Assembly (NCBI GenBank): GCA_963734415.1
Contig: CAVTHF010000003.1
Span: forward strand, 48,002 to 112,001
Length of the DNA: 64,000 bases
Reading direction: 5' to 3'
Source of the DNA: an uncultured Acidobacteriota bacterium
GTDB lineage: Bacteria; Acidobacteriota; Terriglobia; Terriglobales; Acidobacteriaceae
Under the pieces are notes generated by a model, which saw nothing but the letters and a program-made list of their open reading frames with translations, did not search any database and had not been told where the DNA came from. Shown here piece by piece: positions 44,202-53,040 of the stretch (positions are counted from its first letter, which is position 1; each line of letters begins with the position of its first letter). The position numbers and the translations under genes were made by a program.

Positions 44202-45701
44202 CTATTGGCCAGTGGGGGTTGCGGGAACTGGCGGCGGGGGATAGGGTTTGCGTGACGTCAGGTCGAGCTTTGCCAGGCTGGCAGCGTCCCAGCCGCCACC
44301 CAGCGCTTTGATCAGCAAGACACTGGCGATCATGCGCCGTCCGGAGACTTGAACTGCACTACGCTCATCAGCCAGGGCGGTCGTCTGTGCGGTAATCACT
44401 TCGAGATAGGTGGTTACGCCACCGCTATAGCGATTCTTGGAAAGGTCAAGCGAGTGCTCGGCCGCAGCCACGGCCGCAGCCTGGGTGGTGGCTTCCAGTT
44501 CCAGCAGCCGCAAGGCAGCAAGATTGTCTTCCACTTCCTGATAGGCAACGAGCACATTCTGCTGATAGCTCGCCACGGTCTGGTCGTAGGCAGCGTGGGC
44601 CTGATCATTCGCGGCGCGGCGGCGACCAACGTCGAAGATTGTGGCCACTGCGGAAGCTCCGACCGAGACGAAGGTGCTCGGATTGGACAGCCAATTGACG
44701 ACGGTGGTGCTCTCAAATCCGGCGGCGGGAGAAAAATTGAACAGCGGGAAGTAAGCCGCCTTGGCGACGCCGATGTTGGCATTGGCCGCAGCCATTTGGC
44801 GCTCGGAGGAGGCGATGTCCGGCCTGCGCTCCAGAAGCTGCGACGGCAGACCGGGTGGAATCACCGGCGGAGCAGCGTTTAGCGCGGCTACCGGCAAGGT
44901 AAAGCTGGGCGCCGGCTCTCCGATTAGGACAGCAATGGCGTGCTCAAACTGGGTCCGCTGGGCTTTCACATCCACGGCCTGGGCACGGGCGGTTTCGAGC
45001 AGAGTTTGGGCTTGGGCAACATCCACTTGTGAGACTACGCCGCCGCGATAGCGGTTCTCGGTGAGCTCCAGTGATCGCTGGTAACCATCGACTGTGGAAT
45101 CGAGCAGCTGGGCTTCTGCGTCCAGTTCGCGCGCCTGGAAGTAATCCATGGCCAACTCGGCATGCAGGCTGAGGCTCACGGCTTCGAGATCGGCAAAACT
45201 GGCCTGCGCACTAGCGCGATAGGCCTCGACGTTGCGCCGGACCTTGCCCCAGACATCGGGTTCGTAAGTCATGTCGACGGGAATAACCAGATCATTGGTC
45301 GTGATCCCGCCGCTAAACTGCGCCAGCGGCCGGTTGCTGGACAGTTTTTCGCGAAGGGCCGAGACTCCTGCCGTCACCGTGGGGAAGTAGTCTGCGCGAT
45401 AGTAACGGACCATCGCCCGCGCCTGCCGGAACTGGGCCTCGGCAGCTTTCAGGCTCTGGTTGGAAACAGCGATCCGTTGTTCGAGGGAGTTGAGTTGAGG
45501 GTCCTGATAAACCTCCCACCACGTTCCCCGAAGAACCTGATCCGAAGGCCCGGCCAGCTTCCAGTTGGGAGGAGTTTCCTTGTATTCGGCCGGTGTTGGC
45601 GCAGCAGGGCGCGCGTAACGGGGCCCGACGGCGCAACCGGTGAGCAACGCAAACGCGAGCAGAACCACAATGCGGCAAATCCTGGGTCCAGCCGGCATCA
45701 C
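44202..45701 (-). CDS. RND efflux outer-membrane factor lipoprotein (NodT family)
   Basis: The lipobox is LLTGCAVGPRY. Two OEP repeats are present. Its start overlaps the adaptor gene stop (4 nt, 45698-45701). Confidence 0.9.
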   Translation of the reverse strand: MMPAGPRICRIVVLLAFALLTGCAVGPRYARPAAPTPAEYKETPPNWKLAGPSDQVLRGTWWEVYQDPQLNSLEQRIAVSNQSLKAAEAQFRQARAMVRYYRADYFPTVTAGVSALREKLSSNRPLAQFSGGITTNDLVIPVDMTYEPDVWGKVRRNVEAYRASAQASFADLEAVSLSLHAELAMDYFQARELDAEAQLLDSTVDGYQRSLELTENRYRGGVVSQVDVAQAQTLLETARAQAVDVKAQRTQFEHAIAVLIGEPAPSFTLPVAALNAAPPVIPPGLPSQLLERRPDIASSERQMAAANANIGVAKAAYFPLFNFSPAAGFESTTVVNWLSNPSTFVSVGASAVATIFDVGRRRAANDQAHAAYDQTVASYQQNVLVAYQEVEDNLAALRLLELEATTQAAAVAAAEHSLDLSKNRYSGGVTTYLEVITAQTTALADERSAVQVSGRRMIASVLLIKALGGGWDAASLAKLDLTSRKPYPPPPVPATPTGQ

Positions 45702-46933
45702 TGCTTGGTGCCTCCCGCAGATGGCGCCCCGGCTACTCGAACCTCCTGGCCAGTGACAATGAAGTCCGGCGGATTAGCGATCACGGACTCGTCACCGGTT
45801 AATCCCGAAAGCACTTCAATGTCAGAACCATAGTCGCGGCCCACCGTGATGGGCTTGAGTTCGGCATGCTGACCGTCGCTGACCGTCGCCACGCGCAGTC
45901 CCTCCGAGCGAAACAACAAGGTAGTGACGGGAAGCGTGAACGAACCCGCCGCCGAGGGCAGCTTGAGGTGCACTTCCGCATAGGCCCCGCTGAACAGAGT
46001 TCCGGTGGGATTGTTTACGGCAATCTCGACCAGCAGGGTGCGGGTTGACGTATCGATGGCGTTGGCCGTGCGAACCAACTTTCCCTGAAAGAGCCGTCCA
46101 GGAAACTCAGAAAGCGCAAGGTCGGCGGTGAGGCCGGGCTTGGCCGCCTGCGAGTATACCTCCGGCACGTTGACATACACCCGCAAGCGATCGGGCTGGG
46201 CGATGTGAAAGAGTTCGGTGCGTGTGCCTCCGCTGCCTCCCGAATCAATCAACGCTCCGATGTCGGTGCGGCGCGCGGTGATGACACCCGCGAAGGGCGC
46301 GTATATCTTCTCGAAGGATTGCAGTTGCTCCAGGCGCTTGACGTTGGCCTCCATGGCCTGCACCGTCGCTTTTTGCGCCGCAAAGCTGCCTTCCGCGTTG
46401 TCGGCGTCTTGCTTGGAGACAGAGTCGGTCTTGAGCAGGCCGGCATAACGGTTGGAGGTGATTTCCGCCAGATGGAGGTTGGCCTCCGCGGTTCCGAGAT
46501 CGGCACGGGCCTGGCGGAGTTGCTGATCAACCTCGGGGGTTTCGATTTCCGCCAGTAATTGCCCAGCTGTAACACGGGCACCGATGTCCGCATACCACTT
46601 CTTCAAATATCCATTGGTGCGAGCGTAGATGGGAGCGTCGATATAGGCCTCTACATTTGCCGGCAGCACCAATTCCTTGGATGGGGCGGAAGCTTTGGGA
46701 TGGACCACGGCGACGGTGGGAATGGCCATCTCTTTGGTCTCTTTGACAAGAGTATTTCGCGCCTGGATTCGCGGCAGAATTCCGGAAACCACCACCGCCA
46801 CAACCAGGGCAAAAGCCAGGACGGCGACCCACCAATGACGCGATGACCGGACGGACGAACTGCTTTCCGGCGCGACCGTCCGTTCAATATCGTTCTCTTG
46901 TTCCACCTTCATTTCGAAAGCTCCTGAACCCAA
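45698..46933 (-). CDS. RND efflux periplasmic adaptor subunit
   Basis: TM anchor, coiled-coil hairpin and the beta-barrel motif IYAPFAGVITARRTDIGALI. Confidence 0.9.
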   Translation of the reverse strand: MGSGAFEMKVEQENDIERTVAPESSSSVRSSRHWWVAVLAFALVVAVVVSGILPRIQARNTLVKETKEMAIPTVAVVHPKASAPSKELVLPANVEAYIDAPIYARTNGYLKKWYADIGARVTAGQLLAEIETPEVDQQLRQARADLGTAEANLHLAEITSNRYAGLLKTDSVSKQDADNAEGSFAAQKATVQAMEANVKRLEQLQSFEKIYAPFAGVITARRTDIGALIDSGGSGGTRTELFHIAQPDRLRVYVNVPEVYSQAAKPGLTADLALSEFPGRLFQGKLVRTANAIDTSTRTLLVEIAVNNPTGTLFSGAYAEVHLKLPSAAGSFTLPVTTLLFRSEGLRVATVSDGQHAELKPITVGRDYGSDIEVLSGLTGDESVIANPPDFIVTGQEVRVAGAPSAGGTKQ

Positions 46934-46938
46934 CCACG

Positions 46939-49900
46939 CTAGTGCTTAGAACTCACTTTTGCTACCCGAACGTCGTCGCCATGCAAGAAACTAAAAAACA
47001 ACGGAACAAAAAACAGAGTGGCAGTGGTGGCAAACAGCAAACCACCGATGACCGCCCGGCCCAGCGGAGCATTCTGTTCACCGCCCTCGCCCAACCCCAA
47101 CGCCATTGGCACCATGCCGATGATCATGGCCAGCGCGGTCATGATCACGGGGCGGAAGCGTGTAAATCCGGCGTTCAGTGCCGAAACGATTGCATCGTTG
47201 CCTTCCACCATTTGTTCCTTGGCAAAGCTCACAACCAGGATGCTGTTTGCCGTTGCCACACCCATGCACATAATAGAACCAATGAGAGCCGGGACACTGA
47301 TGGAGGTGTGGGTCACAAACAGGAACCATACAATCCCCGCCAGAGCCGCAGGCAGCGCAGAAATGATGATGAAAGGATCCAGCCACGACTGAAAATTCAC
47401 CACGATCAGCAGATACACCAGGACGATCGAGAATGCCAGGCCGCCGAGCAGTCCGAAATACGAAGAACGCATGGTTTGAATCTGCCCGCGAATGCTCACC
47501 TGGGTGCCACGCGGCGCATCCTGTTTGGCATTTTCCACAATCTGGTTGACCTCTCGTGCCACGCCACCCAAGTCGCGTCCCTGGACCGAACCGTAGATAT
47601 CGATGAGGGGCTGGATGTCATAGTGTGAAACTACTGCCGTTCCCGTGCTGCGATTGATAGACGCCAGGCTGGCCAATATCCCCGGATGGGCGTCACTCGG
47701 ACCCGTGACTGGAATGTTCTCCAGGTCTTGCAACGATTGCACCCGGTACTGCGGGGTTTGTGTGGCGATGGAGTAACTCACTCCGGTCTTGGGATCAAGC
47801 CAGAATTCGGGCGTAGTCTGAAAACTGCCGCTCAGGGAAATCAGCAGGTTGTTGGCCACATCGCGTTGCGTAAACCCTACTTGTTGCGCCTTGGTCCGAT
47901 CCACGTCGATGTTCAGGTAGGGCTGATCAAAGGGCTGTTGGATATGAAGGTCCACGGTGCCCGGAACCTGCCGGAGGCGGGTGAGCAGGCGGCCGGCAAA
48001 GGCCCGATTGCCGGCAACATTGTAGCCCGCGATCTGGACATCGATCGGCGCCGGCAGCCCAAAGTTGAGGATCTGACTCACGATGTCAGCCGGCAGAAAC
48101 GAAAAGGTAACGCCGGGAAATTCCTGGGGCAATTTCAAACGCAGGTCGTGAATGTATTCTTCCGTCGGACGATGCCCCTTATTCAGACTGACCAGAATAT
48201 CGTCGTCGGCCGGACCGATGGGTGCGGAGTTGCTGTAAGAAAGATTGATGCCGCTATAGGGCAAGCCGATGTTATCGATGATGCTCAAAATCTCCGAAGG
48301 CGGAATTTCGGCGCGAATGGATTGCGCCACCAGTCCGGAAAGCCGTGCGGTTTCTTCAATCCGCGTGCCGGTTCGCGCCCGCAGGTGCAACTTGAACTGG
48401 CCGGCATCCACGGTGGGAAAGAAGTCCTGGCCCAGCCATGGAATCAGGAACACCAGCGAAACTATGCAGGCCCCGAAAAAGCCTGCGAGGAACAGCGCCC
48501 GGTGATGAAGGCAACGTTCGAGCCAGCGCCGATAACCGCCGCGGAACCGTTCGAAAGCCTCTTCAAAGCGCATCTGCACCCGCACCAGTGGATTGCCGGT
48601 AAAAACGTGAGTCGGATTGGGGATGTGGCTCTGGAGCAGGTACTTGGCCATGGTGGGCACCAGCGTCCGCGAAAGCAGATAGGACGCCAACATGGCAAAC
48701 ACTACCGCCTCTGCCAGCGGAACGAACAGAAACTTGGCGACGCCGGTCAGGAAGAACATCGGCACAAACACAATGCAGATGGCCAGGGTCGAAACGAATG
48801 CGGGCACTGCGATCTGCTGTGCGCCGTCGAGGATGGCATGCTCAACTTCTTTGCCCAGGGTCAAGTTGCGGTTAATGTTCTCGATTTCGACGGTGGCGTC
48901 GTCCACCAGAATGCCGACTGCCAGAGCCAGGCCTCCCAGGGTCATGATGTTGATGGTCTGTCCCAGCGCGCTGAGCACTAAAATCGAGGTCAAAATTGAA
49001 AGCGGGATGGAAGTGGCGATGATGATGGTGCTGCGCCAGTTCCCCAGGAAGACGAGGATCATCAGGCCGGTCAGACAAGCTGCAATCGTGGCTTCCTTGA
49101 TCACCCCGTCAATCGAAGCGCGGACAAACAGGGACTGGTCGGCCAGCGGCTGCATCTGCAACTCGGGCGGCATTCCCGCCGCAATCTGGGGAAGCATCGC
49201 CTTGATTCCGGAGACCACATTCAGGGTGGACGCATTCCCGGTTTTCAGAATGCTCAACAGAACTGCCCGGCTCCCGTTGACGTGCACGATATTGGTTTGG
49301 GGCGGAAAACCATCGCGAACGTTGGCCACGTCGCGGATATAAATGGTGTTGCTGCCCACGGTCTTGATGGGAAGTTGATTCAACTCCGCGACCGTTTTCG
49401 GACTGCCGTTGATCTCCACGTCATATTCGAAGTCGCCTATCTTCGACGTACCCGAGGGCAGGATCAGGTTCTGGGCACTGATCGCGTTCACAACATCCAG
49501 AGGCGAAAGACCCTTCGACTGCAACGCCGTGGTGTCGAGATCCACTTGGACCTGACGTTGCTTGCCACCGTATGGCCAGGGAATAGCGCATCCTGGAATG
49601 GTAATCAGACGGGTACGGATGAAACTTGTGCCGAGGTCAAAAAGCTGCTGCTCCGACATCCCCTTGCCCGAAAGCGCCAACTGCAGGATGGGAACGGTAG
49701 ATGCGTTATAGGTAATCACCAACGGCGGGGTGGTGCCGGGAGGCAGTTGCCGCAATTGCGTTTGAGAGATTGCGGTCACTTGCGCCAGAGCCTTGTCGAT
49801 GTCCGCAGTCGGCTGAAAGAAAACCTTGACTACCGCGATCCCGTTGAGCGACTGCGACTCGATATGCTGAATGTCGTCGACCAGCGTGGTCAGGGCGCGC

Positions 49901-50103
49901 TCGGTTTGAGAGACGATCCGGTCTGACATCTGTTGGGCATCGAGCCCCCCATAGTTCCAGACGATGCTGACCACCGGGATATCAATGTTGGGAAAGATGT
50001 CGGTCGGGGTACGAAGGATGACGATTGGAGCCAGCAGCAGGAGCAGCAGCGAAACCACTACGAAGGTATAAGGCCGTCTTAGGGCAAGGCGAACAATCCA
50101 CAT
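46939..50103 (-). CDS. RND efflux permease (AcrB/HAE-type, 1054 aa)
   Basis: MWIVRLALRRPYTFVVVSLLLLLLAP... with the 12-TM, two-large-loop architecture. Confidence 0.95.
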   Translation of the reverse strand: MWIVRLALRRPYTFVVVSLLLLLLAPIVILRTPTDIFPNIDIPVVSIVWNYGGLDAQQMSDRIVSQTERALTTLVDDIQHIESQSLNGIAVVKVFFQPTADIDKALAQVTAISQTQLRQLPPGTTPPLVITYNASTVPILQLALSGKGMSEQQLFDLGTSFIRTRLITIPGCAIPWPYGGKQRQVQVDLDTTALQSKGLSPLDVVNAISAQNLILPSGTSKIGDFEYDVEINGSPKTVAELNQLPIKTVGSNTIYIRDVANVRDGFPPQTNIVHVNGSRAVLLSILKTGNASTLNVVSGIKAMLPQIAAGMPPELQMQPLADQSLFVRASIDGVIKEATIAACLTGLMILVFLGNWRSTIIIATSIPLSILTSILVLSALGQTINIMTLGGLALAVGILVDDATVEIENINRNLTLGKEVEHAILDGAQQIAVPAFVSTLAICIVFVPMFFLTGVAKFLFVPLAEAVVFAMLASYLLSRTLVPTMAKYLLQSHIPNPTHVFTGNPLVRVQMRFEEAFERFRGGYRRWLERCLHHRALFLAGFFGACIVSLVFLIPWLGQDFFPTVDAGQFKLHLRARTGTRIEETARLSGLVAQSIRAEIPPSEILSIIDNIGLPYSGINLSYSNSAPIGPADDDILVSLNKGHRPTEEYIHDLRLKLPQEFPGVTFSFLPADIVSQILNFGLPAPIDVQIAGYNVAGNRAFAGRLLTRLRQVPGTVDLHIQQPFDQPYLNIDVDRTKAQQVGFTQRDVANNLLISLSGSFQTTPEFWLDPKTGVSYSIATQTPQYRVQSLQDLENIPVTGPSDAHPGILASLASINRSTGTAVVSHYDIQPLIDIYGSVQGRDLGGVAREVNQIVENAKQDAPRGTQVSIRGQIQTMRSSYFGLLGGLAFSIVLVYLLIVVNFQSWLDPFIIISALPAALAGIVWFLFVTHTSISVPALIGSIMCMGVATANSILVVSFAKEQMVEGNDAIVSALNAGFTRFRPVIMTALAMIIGMVPMALGLGEGGEQNAPLGRAVIGGLLFATTATLFFVPLFFSFLHGDDVRVAKVSSKH

Positions 50104-50359
50104 AATTTCCTCGGGGCGCGCGCCACTGGGAACCAGCTACCTCGCGGATCAGTACTGACTGTACCTATCAGAGTCAGCGGCTGAGGTCTATCCAAATCCG
50201 GAAGGGGGCCAGGCTGCATCCGCCCCTATCCCCAGCCAACCACGAATATTGTATTGGATTGAGTCGGTTAGATGGGGATGCAGAGTTTCTATGTAAAGAT
50301 TTGTAAGAGGATAAAGGGGGGTCAGTACAGGTTAGGTCCACCTGCGAGGGGAAACCAAT

Positions 50360-50752
50360 CTAGTTGGGTTTGCGGATCTTGCCATCGGACAACATTTGCA
50401 GCAGGGCGGCGTCGGCAGCGTGCTTGAACTTCTCGGCGGCGGCAATGCGTGGGCTGACCGCCATGTTCTGGGATGACTTTTGACGAATGCTCTCGCGCAG
50501 CCGCTCCCCTTCGTCCGATCCGTTGGTCATGACCTGCATGTAGAACCAGAGGAAATGGCGCATCTGGTCAAGAGCTGTCTTGAGGACCTTCAGGGACTCG
50601 ACCTCGGGCAACTGGCAAAGAGCTTCCATCAATTCGGGATCATTAGGGGCCTGCATGGCGGCGCAATTCAAGGCCTGCTGAATCGAGCGCAGATCTTCGG
50701 TCACGCGCAGGATGCGAATGTGGACATCGTCCAGGATTTCGTCGCTTTGCAT
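50360..50752 (-). CDS. Hypothetical helical protein (130 aa)
   Basis: A clean ORF with no recognisable family. Confidence 0.45.
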   Translation of the reverse strand: MQSDEILDDVHIRILRVTEDLRSIQQALNCAAMQAPNDPELMEALCQLPEVESLKVLKTALDQMRHFLWFYMQVMTNGSDEGERLRESIRQKSSQNMAVSPRIAAAEKFKHAADAALLQMLSDGKIRKPN

Positions 50753-50835
50753 GGGCGGCGGTTGCTGGCATTCAACATCTCACCCACCAGCCTGTGCGAA
50801 TAGATGTCCCATGTGCATGCGCTTTGGTAATTCCG

Positions 50836-51564
50836 TTAATTACCTTGGTCTTGTAAGGTTTTCCCGGGTCGGAACCCAGCAGGGGCGCGGGTTGTGGCAG
50901 CGATGAGGGCCGCAGATTCGCGGATTTCCGGCACTTCTAAAAACCGCACCCCACGAGCCGGATTTTCGATGGCAAACAGCAGGGCGCGCTTCATCTGTTC
51001 CGACGTTACCAACCCCAGGCGGCGAGCGCCTTCCCGCATGGAAGGTAGACGTTCGAAGAGCCAGTACATAGGTAACAGGAAATATGGCCATCGATGCCCC
51101 TTCCCGAGGACGTACCAGGGCCGAAGGATGGTGGCGTTCATGCCGCTTTTCCGGAGCAGGGCCTCGCATTCGGCCCTGACCTCGAGGTAGGCCTTCATCA
51201 CCGGTGCGGGATGGGCCACGCTCAAGTACACAAAATGCTGAATTCCCGCGCCCGTAGCGGATTTGATGGCTGCCTTTCCCGAGGCCAAGTCAATGCTCCG
51301 AAATTGTGCCGCCTTCGCAGGACTCGGGTGGGAAACACCTACCAGCTGCACGAAAGTGTCGGCCGGCTGAATCTGCTGGTGGTAAGAACTTGCGTCCAGA
51401 GCATCGCCCAGCACCACCTCGCAGCCGCGAGGAAGTTTGTCCTCGGATCCGGGCCGGACCAGAGCCCGCACCCGATGGCCTCGGCGTAACAAATCAACAA
51501 TGAGAGGGCGGCCCAGATATCCAGTGCCGCCGGTGATGAAAACGCAGTGTTTTTCGGCTTTCAT
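50836..51564 (-). CDS. NAD(P)H-binding (atypical SDR / NmrA-like) protein
   Basis: MKAEKHCVFITGGTGYLGRPLIVDLLRRGHRVRALVR. A GGAGG RBS lies before the ATG at 51564. Confidence 0.8.
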   Translation of the reverse strand: MKAEKHCVFITGGTGYLGRPLIVDLLRRGHRVRALVRPGSEDKLPRGCEVVLGDALDASSYHQQIQPADTFVQLVGVSHPSPAKAAQFRSIDLASGKAAIKSATGAGIQHFVYLSVAHPAPVMKAYLEVRAECEALLRKSGMNATILRPWYVLGKGHRWPYFLLPMYWLFERLPSMREGARRLGLVTSEQMKRALLFAIENPARGVRFLEVPEIRESAALIAATTRAPAGFRPGKTLQDQGN

Positions 51565-51580
51565 CTTCGGCCTCCTACTA

Positions 51581-52963
51581 TCAGGTACGCGAAGGAGCAG
51601 CCAACGGATTTTCGGCAAACTCCCCTTCCCATCTGGCGATCACGACCGTGGCCAGGCAGTTGCCAATCACGTTTACGGACGTGCGTCCCATGTCCATCAA
51701 CTGGTCGATTCCAAGCAGAATGAAAATGGGCTCCGTCGGCAGGCCAATGGTTGCCGCGGTAGCCAGCAGAATCACGATAGCTGCGCGGGAGACTCCGGCA
51801 ACGCCTTTGCTGGTCAGCATCAGCACCAGCAGAATGTATAGCTGGCGCCCAAAGCCGAGATGCAGCCCCGCCGCCTGCGCCACAAAGATGGCAGCCAATG
51901 AAAGATAGAGTGCCGAGCCGGTCAGGTTGAAGCTGTAGCCGGTGGGCATGACGAAGGCCACAACCGGGCGCGGCACACCGAGTTCTTCCATGCGTTCCAT
52001 GGCGCTCGGCAGCGCCGCTTCGGAGTTGGCGGTGCTGAAGGCAATGGTCGCCGGTTCGGCCACGGCGGCAAGGAAACGCTTAATGGGGACTTTGGCGAGC
52101 AGCGCCGTCGGCAAGAGTACCGCCAACACAAAGACTGCAAGAGCCCCGTAAAGCGTAAGGAGCAGCCGCGCCAGGTTGGCTAGAATCCCGGTTCCAGTCG
52201 AGCCGACCGTGGCAGCGACTGCCCCGAGGATTCCGAGCGGTGCGAACCACATGACGATGTTGGTGAACTTGAACATTACTTCCGCAAGACTCTCGGTGAA
52301 GGCCAGCATGGGACGGCGCTTGGGTTCTTTTACTAAAGCAAGCGCAACCCCAAAGAGCAGGCTGAAGATCACCACTTGCAGGATCTGATTGTCCGCAACC
52401 GATTTGGCAATGTTTTCTGGAAAAATGTGGAGGATGGTTTCGCTGGGAGTGGGACTTTCGATCTTCACGGTTTCGGCCGTGTTCGCCGGAATCTGCGCTC
52501 CGACGCCGGCCTGGGTGAGGTTAATGGCGGCCAGCCCGATGAACAGGGCCAGGGTCGTGACCACTTCGAAAAAGATCAGCGCCTTCACGCCCATACGCCC
52601 GACCTTCTTGAGATCGGAATGGCCGGCAATGCCACTTACCAAAGTGCTGAACAACAAGGGAGCGATGATGACCTTGATCAGCCGCAGAAAGATCTGCGCC
52701 AGCAGCCGGAGGCTAACGCCGAATGCGGGAAAGTCATGGCCGATCTCGGCGCCCAGCAGCATGGAGACGAAGATCCAGGTGGTGAGTGAAGGGCGGAAGC
52801 AGGCATACGCTACCAGCCCAATCAGGGCCAGCCAGCGCATGCCGGCCAGCGGGGTTATGGCAAGATCGCCCGCCACCAGGGCCGACTGCGCCGCCGCGAA
52901 GGCAGTCAGGGCCAGCAACAGAATGGCGGTGATCGCGAGCTTGCGCCGCATGCGCTGATACAT
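51581..52963 (-). CDS. Dicarboxylate/amino acid:cation symporter (DAACS, GltP/DctA-like)
   Basis: Polytopic protein with motifs AFSTANSEAALP and GVAGVSRAAIVIL. The start was set at the internal ATG at 52963 to avoid overlapping the divergent gene. Confidence 0.85.
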   Translation of the reverse strand: MYQRMRRKLAITAILLLALTAFAAAQSALVAGDLAITPLAGMRWLALIGLVAYACFRPSLTTWIFVSMLLGAEIGHDFPAFGVSLRLLAQIFLRLIKVIIAPLLFSTLVSGIAGHSDLKKVGRMGVKALIFFEVVTTLALFIGLAAINLTQAGVGAQIPANTAETVKIESPTPSETILHIFPENIAKSVADNQILQVVIFSLLFGVALALVKEPKRRPMLAFTESLAEVMFKFTNIVMWFAPLGILGAVAATVGSTGTGILANLARLLLTLYGALAVFVLAVLLPTALLAKVPIKRFLAAVAEPATIAFSTANSEAALPSAMERMEELGVPRPVVAFVMPTGYSFNLTGSALYLSLAAIFVAQAAGLHLGFGRQLYILLVLMLTSKGVAGVSRAAIVILLATAATIGLPTEPIFILLGIDQLMDMGRTSVNVIGNCLATVVIARWEGEFAENPLAAPSRT

Positions 52964-53040
52964 TACCAGAAGCGCTCGTACGATCTCCGATATAATCCGC
53001 AATTCAGCCGGAGGGATGAGCTTTGCGCGTTCGACACCGA

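Noticed and set aside
47686-48981. 431-aa plus-strand ORF inside the RND permease region (also 46843-47628, 48692-49342, 49282-49926)
   Set aside because: They are antisense to a 1054-aa AcrB-type gene with unmistakable architecture and have no family resemblance.
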